A DNA stretch of 51,172 nucleotides, from the sequence record SRR31156797_5459. One strand, given 5' to 3'. A model generated the notes under the pieces. It was not told the DNA's origin, searched no databases, and was given only the letters and a program-made list of their open reading frames with translations. A program made the translations under genes and the position numbers. Below are positions 23,034 through 33,231 of this stretch, piece after piece (positions within the stretch are counted from its first letter, which is position 1; each line of letters opens with the position of its first letter).

Positions 23034-24518
23034 ATGATACCTGTTGTTGCTCTTGTTGGGCGTCCTAACGTAGGTAAATCGACACTGTTTAACCGTTTAA
23101 CACGTACGCGTGATGCTTTGGTTGCAGATTTCCCTGGTTTAACTCGTGACCGTAAATATGGTCAGGCTAAATTAGGCGAACATGAATTCATCGTTATTGA
23201 TACCGGCGGTATAGATGGTAGTGAAGAAGGTGTTGAAACTAAAATGGCAGAGCAATCGCTAGCAGCAATTGAAGAAGCTGATGTTGTACTGTTCATGGTT
23301 GATGGCCGTGCTGGTTTAACTGTTTCTGATGAAGCCATTGCGCAACACTTACGCCGTATCGAAAAAAATAGCATCTTGGTTGTTAATAAAGTTGATGGTA
23401 TCGACCCAGACGCTGCAAGCGCAGAGTTCTGGCAGCTAGGTATGGAGCAAATGTATCAAATCGCAGCGGCTCACGGTCGTGGCGTTGGTGCATTGATTGA
23501 TCGCGCTCTAAATCCAATTGCTGAAGAAATGGCTGCGGAAGAACTAGGGTTAGAAGACTTAACAGAATTCGTAGACGCTGAAGAAGAGAAGCTGGATTAC
23601 ACCGAAGAAGAAGCGGAAGAAGCCTATAAGCGTCTGCAAGATCAGCCGATCAAACTGGCTATCATCGGTCGTCCTAATGTTGGTAAATCTACGCTGACTA
23701 ACCGTATTTTAGGTGAAGAGCGTGTGGTTGTTTACGATATGCCGGGAACAACGCGTGACTCTATCTACATTCCGATGAAGCGTGATGAGCGTGAATATGT
23801 CCTAATTGATACAGCGGGTGTTCGTCGTCGTAAGCGTGTCAACGAAACGGTTGAGAAGTTCTCAGTGGTTAAAACACTGAAAGCGGTTGAAGATGCAAAC
23901 GTTGTATTACTGGTTATTGATGCGCGTGAAAATATCTCTGATCAAGACTTAAGCTTATTAGGCTTTGCGTTAAACGCTGGCCGTTCAATCGTTATCGCGG
24001 TTAATAAGTGGGATGGTCTGGACACTGATGTTAAAGAGCACGTGAAGAAAGAGCTGGATCGTCGACTTGGTTTCGTTGACTTCGCACGTATCCACTTTAT
24101 TTCTGCACTGCACGGTACAGGTGTGGGTCACTTATTTGAGTCAGTTCAAGAAGCTTATAAGTCAGCGACAACACGTGTAGGTACTTCTGTTCTGACTCGC
24201 ATCATGAAAATGGCGACTGAAGATCACCAGCCACCATTGGTACGTGGCCGTCGTGTGAAACCGAAATATGCGCACGCTGGTGGTTATAACCCACCAATCG
24301 TGGTTATTCACGGTAACCAGGTGAATGAACTGCCAGATTCATACAAACGTTATCTAATGAACTACTTCCGTAAATCACTGGAGATCATGGGTACACCAAT
24401 TCGTATTCAGTTCCAAAACAGTGAAAACCCATTTGAGGGTAAAACGAATAAGATGACTATGTCGCAAGAGCGTAAACGTAAGCGCTTGATGACGATGATG
24501 AAAGGTCGTAAGAAGTAA
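23034..24518 (+). CDS. der: Ribosome biogenesis GTPase Der (EngA)
   Basis: Two G-domains, each with GRPNVGKS, DTxG and NKxD, plus a C-terminal KH-like domain. Confidence 0.99.
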   Translation: MIPVVALVGRPNVGKSTLFNRLTRTRDALVADFPGLTRDRKYGQAKLGEHEFIVIDTGGIDGSEEGVETKMAEQSLAAIEEADVVLFMVDGRAGLTVSDEAIAQHLRRIEKNSILVVNKVDGIDPDAASAEFWQLGMEQMYQIAAAHGRGVGALIDRALNPIAEEMAAEELGLEDLTEFVDAEEEKLDYTEEEAEEAYKRLQDQPIKLAIIGRPNVGKSTLTNRILGEERVVVYDMPGTTRDSIYIPMKRDEREYVLIDTAGVRRRKRVNETVEKFSVVKTLKAVEDANVVLLVIDARENISDQDLSLLGFALNAGRSIVIAVNKWDGLDTDVKEHVKKELDRRLGFVDFARIHFISALHGTGVGHLFESVQEAYKSATTRVGTSVLTRIMKMATEDHQPPLVRGRRVKPKYAHAGGYNPPIVVIHGNQVNELPDSYKRYLMNYFRKSLEIMGTPIRIQFQNSENPFEGKTNKMTMSQERKRKRLMTMMKGRKK

Positions 24519-24524
24519 TGAACT

Positions 24525-24551
24525 AAGCCCAGGCAAATGCTTGGGCTTTTT
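24525..24551 (+). terminator. Terminator after der
   Basis: AAGCCCAGGCA-AA-TGCTTGGGCTT followed by a T-run. Confidence 0.8.
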
Positions 24552-24578
24552 ATTAATGAAAATAACGCAGTCCGTAAA

Positions 24579-25424
24579 ATGAATATGTCTTATAAACCTA
24601 CTCAAGTGACGTTTACCCAGTCAATCTGGCAATTATCTAGTGAAGTAACATTTGTTAGCCGGGATCAGCAATATACTTATGTTGTCACGGAAAAGACGCC
24701 ATTCCATCCTGTGAGTCACATTTGGCCCGATCATCCTGCAGATAAAGGCACACTGTTGGTAGGCACAGAAGGTTATGCCGTTATAGATTGCTTGGTAGGT
24801 GCTATTTGTATTGAACAGTCTGAGCTGTTTGTAGGGAAAGCTATCCCCGTTAAGCGAGATGAGCCGGGATGGGTTTTTGTCGTCGTTCACTGTATTGATT
24901 CAGCAGAAAATGCAGTCCAAGTTGGAGATGAAGTGAACCTTGAAGTAGATAAAGAGTATCAGCAAGCTCTAAGCCGAGGACACAGTGCTGGACATCTATC
25001 TTATCTGGCGCTGAACAAAGTATTGGCTAATCAATATTGGCGTAAAGATGCGGATAGAAAGGATCCGCATGGCAACTACGATTTTAACAGTTATGCTCAA
25101 GTCACCAGTTTTGTGACTGAAGATAAATGTTTGGATACTTATCGTTTAGGTAAAACACTACGTAAACGCGGTTTAAACAGTGCAGATGTGCTGAAAGACT
25201 TGTCTAAGATAGAGCAGCAGGTTAACACCCAACTTGTTGAAAGGCAAGGGGAACGCCTGACTGATTCGCGCTACTGGCAGTGTGATTTGCAAGAGAGTAA
25301 TATGGCTGTCATCCCTTGTGGTGGAACACATGTTGCGTCGCTGCAAGAGTTCAATCGCATTCAAATAAAGCTTATACAACTTGATGAAGAGCATATCGAA
25401 ATGCATACCCTTGTAAATGGATAA
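24579..25424 (+). CDS. AlaX-like (alanyl-tRNA editing domain) metal-dependent hydrolase
   Basis: HxxxH (HSAGH) and CxxxH (PCGGTHV) Zn motifs of the AlaRS/ThrRS editing domain; N-terminal TPFHP...PADKG resembles AlaX T.FY...GQ.xD.G. The start is 24579 or 24585. Confidence 0.8.
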   Translation: MNMSYKPTQVTFTQSIWQLSSEVTFVSRDQQYTYVVTEKTPFHPVSHIWPDHPADKGTLLVGTEGYAVIDCLVGAICIEQSELFVGKAIPVKRDEPGWVFVVVHCIDSAENAVQVGDEVNLEVDKEYQQALSRGHSAGHLSYLALNKVLANQYWRKDADRKDPHGNYDFNSYAQVTSFVTEDKCLDTYRLGKTLRKRGLNSADVLKDLSKIEQQVNTQLVERQGERLTDSRYWQCDLQESNMAVIPCGGTHVASLQEFNRIQIKLIQLDEEHIEMHTLVNG

Positions 25425-25696
25425 TCTTAAAATGATCCTTTTTACATATTCTGAATTGTTAGTATTTTGATTTGCTGTAAAGAGTTTTATATTGTTTAAA
25501 ATCCAAATGCAGAACATGTAACTTATGCTTTCGGTATGTGGTTATATAAATGTTCTTTTAAGGGTAGATCGCTGAACAAGAGAGATAAAGCAGAAGATCT
25601 GATTGCGATCTCCAAAGAGATCTTTATTGTGTCAAATAGTCAATTTTATTGATACCGACTTGAATCACGTAGTGGGTATTCATTGGGAGAAAGGTG

Positions 25697-25918
25697 ATGG
25701 AAAACTTGTGTCCGCAGTGTGACAAAGAATTAGAGTGGGATGGTCAATATCACTGTACCGCTTGTGAAAAGCATTATAAAAAGATCGGCTTTTGCCCTGA
25801 GTGTGACGCTGAGTTAGAGAAATTACAAGCATGTGGAGCAGCCAACTACTTTTGTAACACCTGCAATGAGTTAAAGTCTAAATCGCGCGTGCGCTTTGAG
25901 TTTCAGCTAACCGATTAG
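25697..25918 (+). CDS. yfgJ: YfgJ-family double zinc-ribbon protein
   Basis: Four CxxC pairs, LQACGA..YFC..C..LKSKSRV; lies between der and xseA. Confidence 0.88.
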   Translation: MENLCPQCDKELEWDGQYHCTACEKHYKKIGFCPECDAELEKLQACGAANYFCNTCNELKSKSRVRFEFQLTD

Positions 25919-26091
25919 CTTCGCTTTCAGTCGAGCTGTCAGCTCATCTTAAATCTCATTCATGCTATGGATGAGATTTTTCCTACCTATCAATCAGTTG
26001 TTGTTATCTATTCTATTCGTTTATCACCTGTATCATTTGCTGTTGGGAGACCATCGGTGGTCACTAATATAACCGCAATGAAGTAAACAGA

Positions 26092-28143
26092 ATGACCGAC
26101 AAAGTATTGAAGAGATACCTTCTTTGGCTACCAGCTATTTTGATGGTTTGTGCGATAGGCACGTCTTTCATCAATCAACACATCTTCTCAAACAATCTTA
26201 TTTCCTCCATTGTTTCCAATGTCAAAGCTCACTATATCGACTTGCGTAAAGCTGAGGTCGAAGAACGTGTTGCAACAACCTTGAAAATGCTTGATGTGAT
26301 CCGAGAAGGAAACTTGCTAGCTGAAGGGGAGCCAATTCCAAGCGAGTTGTTTAACAAGACGATGCAGTCTTTTCAGGCGCTGAACGAAAATAATGAGGAT
26401 TACATTTTCGTTATAGATAGAGATAAAAAGTTCGTTGTACACAGAAATTCAGACAACTTGTTCAAACAAGATATTGATGACGAACTCGTCCATTATATTT
26501 ACCAGAGTGCAATCAGCGGTGTTTCTTGGGTGGAATACAGTGATAGGTCGTTCAATCAGCGCCAAGAAGATGTTGAGGCTCAGAAGATCACTCATATCCG
26601 CTATGTAGACGATTGGGACATTGTTTTAGGCAGTGGTGAATTACTGAATGACATTGAACAATACTCGGAGTCCGAAGCCCGAGTCGTGACGGATTTAGTG
26701 GTGGAACAAAAATCTAACCAGAATCTTTTTCATATTCTGGTATTCGTCATTTTCTCTTCCATCATCTATTACTTACGTAACATTACGGCCAGAAAACTGT
26801 TCCAGTACAAATCGTCCATTGAAGAAAAACTCACTCTTATCAAAGCGAAAGATAAAGAAATTGCTTTTCGGTCTTTGTATAACGACGTGACTGGACTGCC
26901 TAATAGGAAAGCGACCTCGGACTACATTGATCATCTCTGTCTGAATGAAAAAGGCGAAGAGTTTCAATTGCAGCTGATCGATATAGTCGATTTTCAGAAG
27001 GTAAACAATCAATATGGTTTTTCTGTTGGCGACCGAGTGCTCCGTCAGGTGACCAGTGCGCTGGAAGAGCTAAAAGATGAAAACATGTATGTTGGGCATA
27101 TCGCTGCCGATCAATTTGTGGTTATCTGCCAAAAGTCTCTAGGGTCATGCATTGATTTTGACAAACAGATTGAAACGTTTGAAAAGTTCGATGTAAGTGG
27201 CGAAATGCTGTCATTGCGCGTTCGCAACGCTACGGTGAATTTTAAAAACCGAAACATTCTCGGCTCCATCATCGTACGTAATGGTGAGCTGGCGATGAAA
27301 TATGCCAAGCTCAATAACTTGTTCAATGTGACCTATTCATCGTTTATGTCGAAGAGTTCCGAAAGACATTTTAAAATCTCGAACCTGCTTGATTACGCGC
27401 TGGCTAACGATGAGTTCTACGTTCATTACCAACCTCAAGTCAGTACTTTGAATGGCAAGATCATTGGCGTGGAAGCATTAGTTCGTTGGGATAATGTTGA
27501 GTTAGGACGTGTAGCACCACTCGATTTTATTCCTATTGCAGAGAAGAAAGGCATCATAGGTAAGATAAGCGATCGGGTGTTAACGCAAGCCTGCAAAGAT
27601 ATTCAAACCATTAGCGCGAACGGAGAAGGGGCACTGACTATTTCCGTAAATATTTCACCGAATCAATTGCTAAGTGAAGGGTTTGTGGAAGAGACAATCA
27701 GTATCATTCAATCGACGGGCATTGATTCGAATCGTATTGTGTTTGAGATTACCGAAGGGACTTTCCTAAATGACATACCAGGAACGGTAGCGATTATTGA
27801 GCAACTAAAAGCGGTCGGAATTAAGTTTTCCATCGATGACTTTGGTACCGGATACTCATCGCTCAGCTACTTGTCAAAACTTCCGGTTGATGAAGTAAAG
27901 ATCGACAAAAGCTTTATCAATGATCTGGTTGACGATGAAGATGCTTACAATCTAGTGAAAAGTATTTTGGCTGTTGCAAGCATTAAGCAACTGACGATTG
28001 TCGCTGAAGGGGTTGAGACACAAGAGCAGTCTCAGATCCTAGCCGATTTAGCGTGTCATCTTCTGCAAGGCTATTACTTTTCTCGACCGGTTGATGTGGA
28101 AAATCTGACCAAGAAAATTCGTGAAAATTGCAAAACGAAATAG
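26092..28143 (+). CDS. Membrane-anchored Cache-sensor c-di-GMP phosphodiesterase (degenerate GGDEF plus EAL)
   Basis: Two TM segments flank a Cache-like domain (DYIFVID...HIRYVDDWDIVLGSG). The GGDEF site reads AADQF. EAL motifs YQPQ, EALVRW, DDFGTGYSS, KIDKSF, EGVE and LQGY are intact. Confidence 0.9.
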   Translation: MTDKVLKRYLLWLPAILMVCAIGTSFINQHIFSNNLISSIVSNVKAHYIDLRKAEVEERVATTLKMLDVIREGNLLAEGEPIPSELFNKTMQSFQALNENNEDYIFVIDRDKKFVVHRNSDNLFKQDIDDELVHYIYQSAISGVSWVEYSDRSFNQRQEDVEAQKITHIRYVDDWDIVLGSGELLNDIEQYSESEARVVTDLVVEQKSNQNLFHILVFVIFSSIIYYLRNITARKLFQYKSSIEEKLTLIKAKDKEIAFRSLYNDVTGLPNRKATSDYIDHLCLNEKGEEFQLQLIDIVDFQKVNNQYGFSVGDRVLRQVTSALEELKDENMYVGHIAADQFVVICQKSLGSCIDFDKQIETFEKFDVSGEMLSLRVRNATVNFKNRNILGSIIVRNGELAMKYAKLNNLFNVTYSSFMSKSSERHFKISNLLDYALANDEFYVHYQPQVSTLNGKIIGVEALVRWDNVELGRVAPLDFIPIAEKKGIIGKISDRVLTQACKDIQTISANGEGALTISVNISPNQLLSEGFVEETISIIQSTGIDSNRIVFEITEGTFLNDIPGTVAIIEQLKAVGIKFSIDDFGTGYSSLSYLSKLPVDEVKIDKSFINDLVDDEDAYNLVKSILAVASIKQLTIVAEGVETQEQSQILADLACHLLQGYYFSRPVDVENLTKKIRENCKTK

Positions 28144-28178
28144 TCAGTCATATAAGCTGACATCTCCCCTTATATTTA

Positions 28179-28208
28179 GCCACTGATTGAAGCCAGTGGC
28201 ATTTTTTT
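28179..28208 (+). terminator. Terminator between the EAL gene and convergent xseA
   Basis: GCCACTG...CAGTGGC-ATTTTTTT. Confidence 0.7.
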
Positions 28209-28232
28209 ACCTGATATTAGGGTAAATAAACC

Positions 28233-29564
28233 TCAGTCAACAGTAGAACAGATTTCACCATCTTTAAGACGAGTAATCAGTTTATCACCCGATTTAACAT
28301 CTTCAGGGCTTTGAACCACTTTGCCCTGATCGTTTTGAGTAATAGAGTAACCACGAGACAGCGTTGCTAGTGGGCTGACAGCGTTCATGGTATCGGTTAA
28401 GCGATGAAAACGATAGCGGGAAGAAACCAGCAGCTTATTCATTGCATCCTTAAGCTCTTTTTCTCGATTAGAGAGTAAATGCTGTTGTTCACGAAGCTTT
28501 TTATCAGGAGAAAACAGCTGAAGCTGATGTTTACGTTTCTCGATATTATTTTGAGCCAGAGTGAAGCGATTGCGAACTGCTCGTTCCAGACGAAGGGTAA
28601 ATTCGTCAAGTTGTTGCTGCTGACGTTGTAAACGTGTCGCCGGATGTTGTCTGTCCAGACGATGTTGTAACTGCTTAGTGAGCGCTTTCTGCTCAGCGAA
28701 GTAGTGCTTGATTGCACTGCCAAGTTTGTGCTGATAAGCCTGGAAAGCTTGCTTTTTATGGCTGTTGTCACGGCTAACTAATTCAGCGGCGGCAGATGGG
28801 GTAGGAGCACGAACATCTGCGACGAAGTCAGCGATGGTGACATCGATTTCATGTCCAACGGCACTGATAATTGGGATTTGGCTTGCCGCAATTGTGCGGG
28901 CAACGATTTCGTTATTGAAACACCATAAGTCTTCCAACGAACCACCACCACGGCCAACGATTAACACATCACATTCTGCACGCGAGTTGGCGCAGCCAAT
29001 CGCCTGAGCAATTTGAATTGCGGCGGCTTCTCCCTGAACAACAGTAGGGTAGATGATGATTGGCAGGCTAGGATCTCGACGTTTAAGAACGTTGAGGATA
29101 TCGTGCAATGCAGCACCCGTTTTGGAAGTGACAATCCCCACACATTTAGGATGTTCTGGTAATGGCTGCTTCAATGTCTGAGCAAAAAGCCCTTCCGAAG
29201 CCAGCTTCATTTTCAACTGATCAAACTCTTGCTGTAAACGACCATCGCCTTCTGGCTGCATACTTTCGATAATAATTTGATAGTCGCCACGAGGTTCGTA
29301 TAGAGATAAGCGAGCTTTGACTAATACCTGCTGACCATTTTTAGGCTTAAAGTTAACAAAGCGATTATTACCTTTGAACATCGCACATTTAACCTGAGCA
29401 CGAGAGTCTTTCAGCGTGAGATACCAGTGACCAGAGACAGGTGAAGAGAAGTTGGAAATTTCACCAATAAGCCAAACGATGCCCATTTCATTTTCTAGTA
29501 ATAATCGGACTTCAGCATTAAGACGAGAAACAGTGTAGATGTTTGGATTGGTATTGGAAGGCAC
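28233..29564 (-). CDS. xseA: Exodeoxyribonuclease VII large subunit
   Basis: YTVSRLN, SGHWYLTLKD, RGGGSLEDLWCFN, SAVGHEID and PTPSAAAE motifs; GTG start at 29564 is inferred. Confidence 0.97.
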   Translation of the reverse strand: MPSNTNPNIYTVSRLNAEVRLLLENEMGIVWLIGEISNFSSPVSGHWYLTLKDSRAQVKCAMFKGNNRFVNFKPKNGQQVLVKARLSLYEPRGDYQIIIESMQPEGDGRLQQEFDQLKMKLASEGLFAQTLKQPLPEHPKCVGIVTSKTGAALHDILNVLKRRDPSLPIIIYPTVVQGEAAAIQIAQAIGCANSRAECDVLIVGRGGGSLEDLWCFNNEIVARTIAASQIPIISAVGHEIDVTIADFVADVRAPTPSAAAELVSRDNSHKKQAFQAYQHKLGSAIKHYFAEQKALTKQLQHRLDRQHPATRLQRQQQQLDEFTLRLERAVRNRFTLAQNNIEKRKHQLQLFSPDKKLREQQHLLSNREKELKDAMNKLLVSSRYRFHRLTDTMNAVSPLATLSRGYSITQNDQGKVVQSPEDVKSGDKLITRLKDGEICSTVD

Positions 29565-29653
29565 AGCTAATCTACCAGGCGTGGGTATGGAAATTAGCGG
29601 CAATATAATACATAGCAAGGGGTCAATTGCAAATAAAAATCAAAAAAATGTGT

Positions 29654-29681
29654 AGCCAAGCGATTGCGCCGGGCGTATAAT
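29654..29681 (+). promoter_or_regulatory. guaB promoter: PurR-like operator (29654-29669) and -10 TATAAT (29676-29681)
   Basis: AGCCAAGCGATTGCGC resembles the PurR box ACGCAAACGTTTGCGT and lies just upstream of TATAAT. guaBA is an established PurR target. Confidence 0.6.
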
Positions 29682-29783
29682 CCCTCCGCAATATCTAATC
29701 CAAATGCAAATTTTCGACTCAGTTCGAACTCCATGCATTTGGATTGTTTTTATATTCACCCTCTATATTGTGAGATATTGCAA

Positions 29784-31247
29784 ATGCTAAGAATTGCCAA
29801 AGAAGCGCTGACATTCGATGATGTTCTTCTCGTACCAGCACACTCCACCGTTCTCCCAAACACTGCTGATCTACATACGCAGCTGACTAAAAATATTACT
29901 CTAAATATTCCAATGATTTCTGCGTCTATGGACACAGTGACAGAGGCTCGTTTAGCTATTGCTCTTGCTCAAGAAGGCGGTATTGGCTTTATTCATAAGA
30001 ATATGTCAATCGAGCAGCAAGCAGCAGAAGTTCGTCTAGTTAAGAAATTCGAAGCTGGTGTGGTTGTTGACCCAGTAACAGTAAGCCCAGAAGCAACTAT
30101 CGCTGATGTGGTTGAACTTACTGAAAAACACGGCTTTGCTGGTTTCCCAGTAGTGACTGAAAGCAATGAGCTTGTTGGTATCATTACCGGTCGTGATGTT
30201 CGTTTCGTTACTGATTTAACTAAGAAAGTTAACGTAGTAATGACACCGAAAGAGCGTTTAGCATCAGTAAAAGAAGGTGCAACTCGCGCTGAAGTTCAAG
30301 AAAAAATGCACGAAGCTCGTGTAGAGAAAGTACTGGTAGTGAACGATGAATTCCAACTTACCGGTATGATCACAGCAAAAGACTTCCATAAAGCAGAACG
30401 TAAACCAAACGCGTGTAAAGACGCTCGTGGTCGCCTACGTGTAGGTGCTGCAGTAGGTGCAGGCGCGGGTAACGAAGAGCGCGTAGCGGCTCTAGTTGAA
30501 GCTGGTGTTGACGTTCTTCTTATCGACTCTTCACACGGTCACTCTGAAGGTGTTCTAAACCGTATCCGCGAAACTCGCGCTGCATACCCAGATCTAGACA
30601 TCATTGGTGGTAACGTTGCAACTGGCGCAGGTGCGAAAGCACTGATCGAAGCTGGTGTAAGTGCAGTTAAAGTCGGTATCGGTCCGGGTTCTATCTGTAC
30701 AACTCGTATCGTTACTGGTGTGGGCGTTCCCCAAATCACGGCGATTTCTGATGCAGCTGCAGTAGCTGGTGAATACGGTATCCCAGTGATTGCTGATGGT
30801 GGTATCCGTTTCTCTGGTGATATCTGTAAAGCAATCGCAGCTGGCGCATCTTGTGTCATGGTTGGTTCAATGTTCGCTGGTACTGAAGAAGCACCGGGCG
30901 AAATCATTCTTTACAACGGTCGTTCTTACAAGTCTTACCGTGGTATGGGTTCATTGGGCGCTATGTCTCAAGGTTCTTCAGACCGTTACTTCCAAACTGA
31001 CAATGCAGCTGACAAGCTTGTTCCTGAAGGTATCGAAGGACGTATCGCTTATAAAGGTCGTCTAAAAGAGATCGTTCATCAACAGATGGGTGGTTTACGT
31101 TCAAGTATGGGTCTTACTGGCTCCGCAACAATTGAAGATATGCGTACTAAAGCTGAATTCGTACGTATCTCTGGCGCGGGTATGCAAGAGTCACACGTAC
31201 ACGACGTTCAAATCACAAAAGAGGCGCCAAACTACCGTCGAGGTTAA
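29784..31247 (+). CDS. guaB: IMP dehydrogenase
   Basis: [16 protein letters not shown] start, CBS pair, [11 protein letters not shown] (catalytic Cys) and YRGMGS; the true ATG is at 29784. Confidence 0.99.
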   Translation: MLRIAKEALTFDDVLLVPAHSTVLPNTADLHTQLTKNITLNIPMISASMDTVTEARLAIALAQEGGIGFIHKNMSIEQQAAEVRLVKKFEAGVVVDPVTVSPEATIADVVELTEKHGFAGFPVVTESNELVGIITGRDVRFVTDLTKKVNVVMTPKERLASVKEGATRAEVQEKMHEARVEKVLVVNDEFQLTGMITAKDFHKAERKPNACKDARGRLRVGAAVGAGAGNEERVAALVEAGVDVLLIDSSHGHSEGVLNRIRETRAAYPDLDIIGGNVATGAGAKALIEAGVSAVKVGIGPGSICTTRIVTGVGVPQITAISDAAAVAGEYGIPVIADGGIRFSGDICKAIAAGASCVMVGSMFAGTEEAPGEIILYNGRSYKSYRGMGSLGAMSQGSSDRYFQTDNAADKLVPEGIEGRIAYKGRLKEIVHQQMGGLRSSMGLTGSATIEDMRTKAEFVRISGAGMQESHVHDVQITKEAPNYRRG

Positions 31248-31272
31248 TTTCCTTTAGTGGAATACCAATCTG

Positions 31273-31288
31273 ACGAAAACGTTTGCGT
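31273..31288. promoter_or_regulatory. Near-consensus PurR box between guaB and guaA
   Basis: ACGAAAACGTTTGCGT matches ACGCAAACGTTTGCGT at 15 of 16 positions. Confidence 0.75.
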
Positions 31289-31362
31289 TTTCTCTTGATG
31301 ACTTTTAGTGAGGCGAGTAGACTCGCCTCCGTATCTCAATTTAGCTGATAAGATTGCTCAAC

Positions 31363-32916
31363 ATGACTAAGAACATTCATGATCAACGAATTCTGATCCT
31401 AGATTTCGGTTCTCAATATACTCAACTTGTAGCGCGTCGCGTACGTGAAATCGGTGTTTACTGTGAACTGTGGAGCTGGGACGTAGAAGAAGCGGACATT
31501 CGCGACTTCAACCCTGACGGCATTATCCTTTCTGGTGGTCCAGAAAGCGTTACCGAAGCAAATTCTCCTCGCGCACCTCAATACGTATTTGACTCTGGTG
31601 TTCCTGTATTTGGTGTATGTTACGGCATGCAAACAATGGCAGAGCAGCTAGGTGGTAAAGTTGCAGGTTCTAACGAACGTGAATTTGGCTACGCTCAAGT
31701 AAAAGTTTCTGGTGAATCTGCACTGTTTAAAGATCTTGAAGAGATTCAAGATGTTTGGATGAGCCACGGTGACAAAGTTGTAGAAATTCCTGCTGACTTC
31801 GTAAAAGTTGGTGAGACAGATACTTGTCCTTACGCTGCGATGGCGAACGAAGAGAAGAAATACTACGGTGTTCAGTTCCACCCTGAAGTAACACACACGA
31901 AACAAGGCTTACAAATGCTTGAGAACTTTGTTCTTGGCGTATGTGGCTGTGAGCGTCTGTGGACTTCTGAATCCATCATTGAAGACGCTGTTGCTCGTAT
32001 TAAAGAGCAAGTGGGCGACGACGAAGTTATCCTTGGTCTTTCTGGTGGTGTGGATTCTTCTGTTGTTGCTATGCTGGTTCACCGTGCAATTGGTGACAAG
32101 TTAACGTGTGTATTCGTTGATAACGGCTTACTTCGTCTAAACGAAGGCGAGCAAGTTATGGAAATGTTTGGCGACAAGTTTGGCCTGAACATTATCAAAG
32201 TGGATGCGGAAGAGCGTTTCCTGAATGCGCTTGAAGGAAAATCTGATCCCGAAGATAAGCGTAAGACTATCGGCCACGTGTTTGTTGACGTATTTGATGA
32301 AGAATCGAAGAAGCTGCAAAATGCGAAATGGTTGGCTCAAGGTACTATTTACCCTGATGTTATTGAGTCTGCAGCGTCTAAAACAGGTAAAGCTCATGTG
32401 ATTAAATCTCACCATAACGTCGGCGGCTTGCCAGATGATATGGAGATGGGTTTGGTTGAGCCTCTACGTGAACTGTTTAAAGATGAAGTACGTAAGATCG
32501 GTCTAGAGCTTGGTCTTCCATACAATATGCTTTATCGCCACCCATTCCCGGGTCCTGGTCTAGGTGTTCGTGTTCTTGGTGAAATCAAGAAAGAGTACTG
32601 TGATTTACTACGTCGTGCAGATGCAATCTTCATCGAAGAGCTACACGCGGCTGACCTTTACCACAAAGTCTCTCAGGCGTTTACCGTGTTCCTACCAGTA
32701 CGTTCCGTTGGCGTAATGGGTGATGGTCGTAAATACGATTGGGTAGTGTCACTACGTGCAGTTGAAACCATCGACTTTATGACCGCTCACTGGGCGCACC
32801 TTCCATACGATTTCCTTGGTAAGGTTTCAAACCGCATTATCAATGAAGTCGATGGTATTTCACGTGTGGTTTACGACATTTCAGGTAAGCCGCCAGCGAC
32901 GATTGAGTGGGAATAA
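31363..32916 (+). CDS. guaA: GMP synthase (glutamine-hydrolysing)
   Basis: [29 protein letters not shown] and C-terminal KPPATIEWE. Confidence 0.99.
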   Translation: MTKNIHDQRILILDFGSQYTQLVARRVREIGVYCELWSWDVEEADIRDFNPDGIILSGGPESVTEANSPRAPQYVFDSGVPVFGVCYGMQTMAEQLGGKVAGSNEREFGYAQVKVSGESALFKDLEEIQDVWMSHGDKVVEIPADFVKVGETDTCPYAAMANEEKKYYGVQFHPEVTHTKQGLQMLENFVLGVCGCERLWTSESIIEDAVARIKEQVGDDEVILGLSGGVDSSVVAMLVHRAIGDKLTCVFVDNGLLRLNEGEQVMEMFGDKFGLNIIKVDAEERFLNALEGKSDPEDKRKTIGHVFVDVFDEESKKLQNAKWLAQGTIYPDVIESAASKTGKAHVIKSHHNVGGLPDDMEMGLVEPLRELFKDEVRKIGLELGLPYNMLYRHPFPGPGLGVRVLGEIKKEYCDLLRRADAIFIEELHAADLYHKVSQAFTVFLPVRSVGVMGDGRKYDWVVSLRAVETIDFMTAHWAHLPYDFLGKVSNRIINEVDGISRVVYDISGKPPATIEWE

Positions 32917-32939
32917 CATTCAATTAATCCATTTTCTAG

Positions 32940-32969
32940 AGCCCTGGTTTTTACCAGGGCTTTCTTTTT
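32940..32969 (+). terminator. Terminator after guaA
   Basis: AGCCCTGGT-TTTT-ACCAGGGCT followed by TTCTTTTT. Confidence 0.8.
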
Positions 32970-33231
32970 AAAGTTAGAAAATGTTTCAAGCAATAACTAA
33001 AAAGTACATGCTAGGCAATTTACCTATGGGTGGTAAATTAATTTGGTTTTAATTTATTGATTTAGAACGATTTGTTTTTATTCTGTACAAGCGGGTTAGC
33101 TTTTTGTCTTTTGTAGCTCAATAACTATAAAAATGAAATCTTAGTTTTTGAAAATGGTAGCTTCCCTTTCTCTCAATGTTTATTAAAATCCGCGCGTAAA
33201 TTTTATCCATTTTTTTTAAGGTACTTTAGGC

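Noticed and set aside
5821-28200. Identical GCCACTG/CAGTGGC stems in the terminators at 5821 and 28179 as a repeat family or island boundary
   Set aside because: The match is only 7 bp with different loops and flanks, which is consistent with ordinary terminator similarity.
32890-33231. Genomic island or prophage integrated at the guaA 3' end, a known hotspot
   Set aside because: No integrase follows and I saw no duplication of the guaA 3' end in the window. The terminator and satP follow directly.
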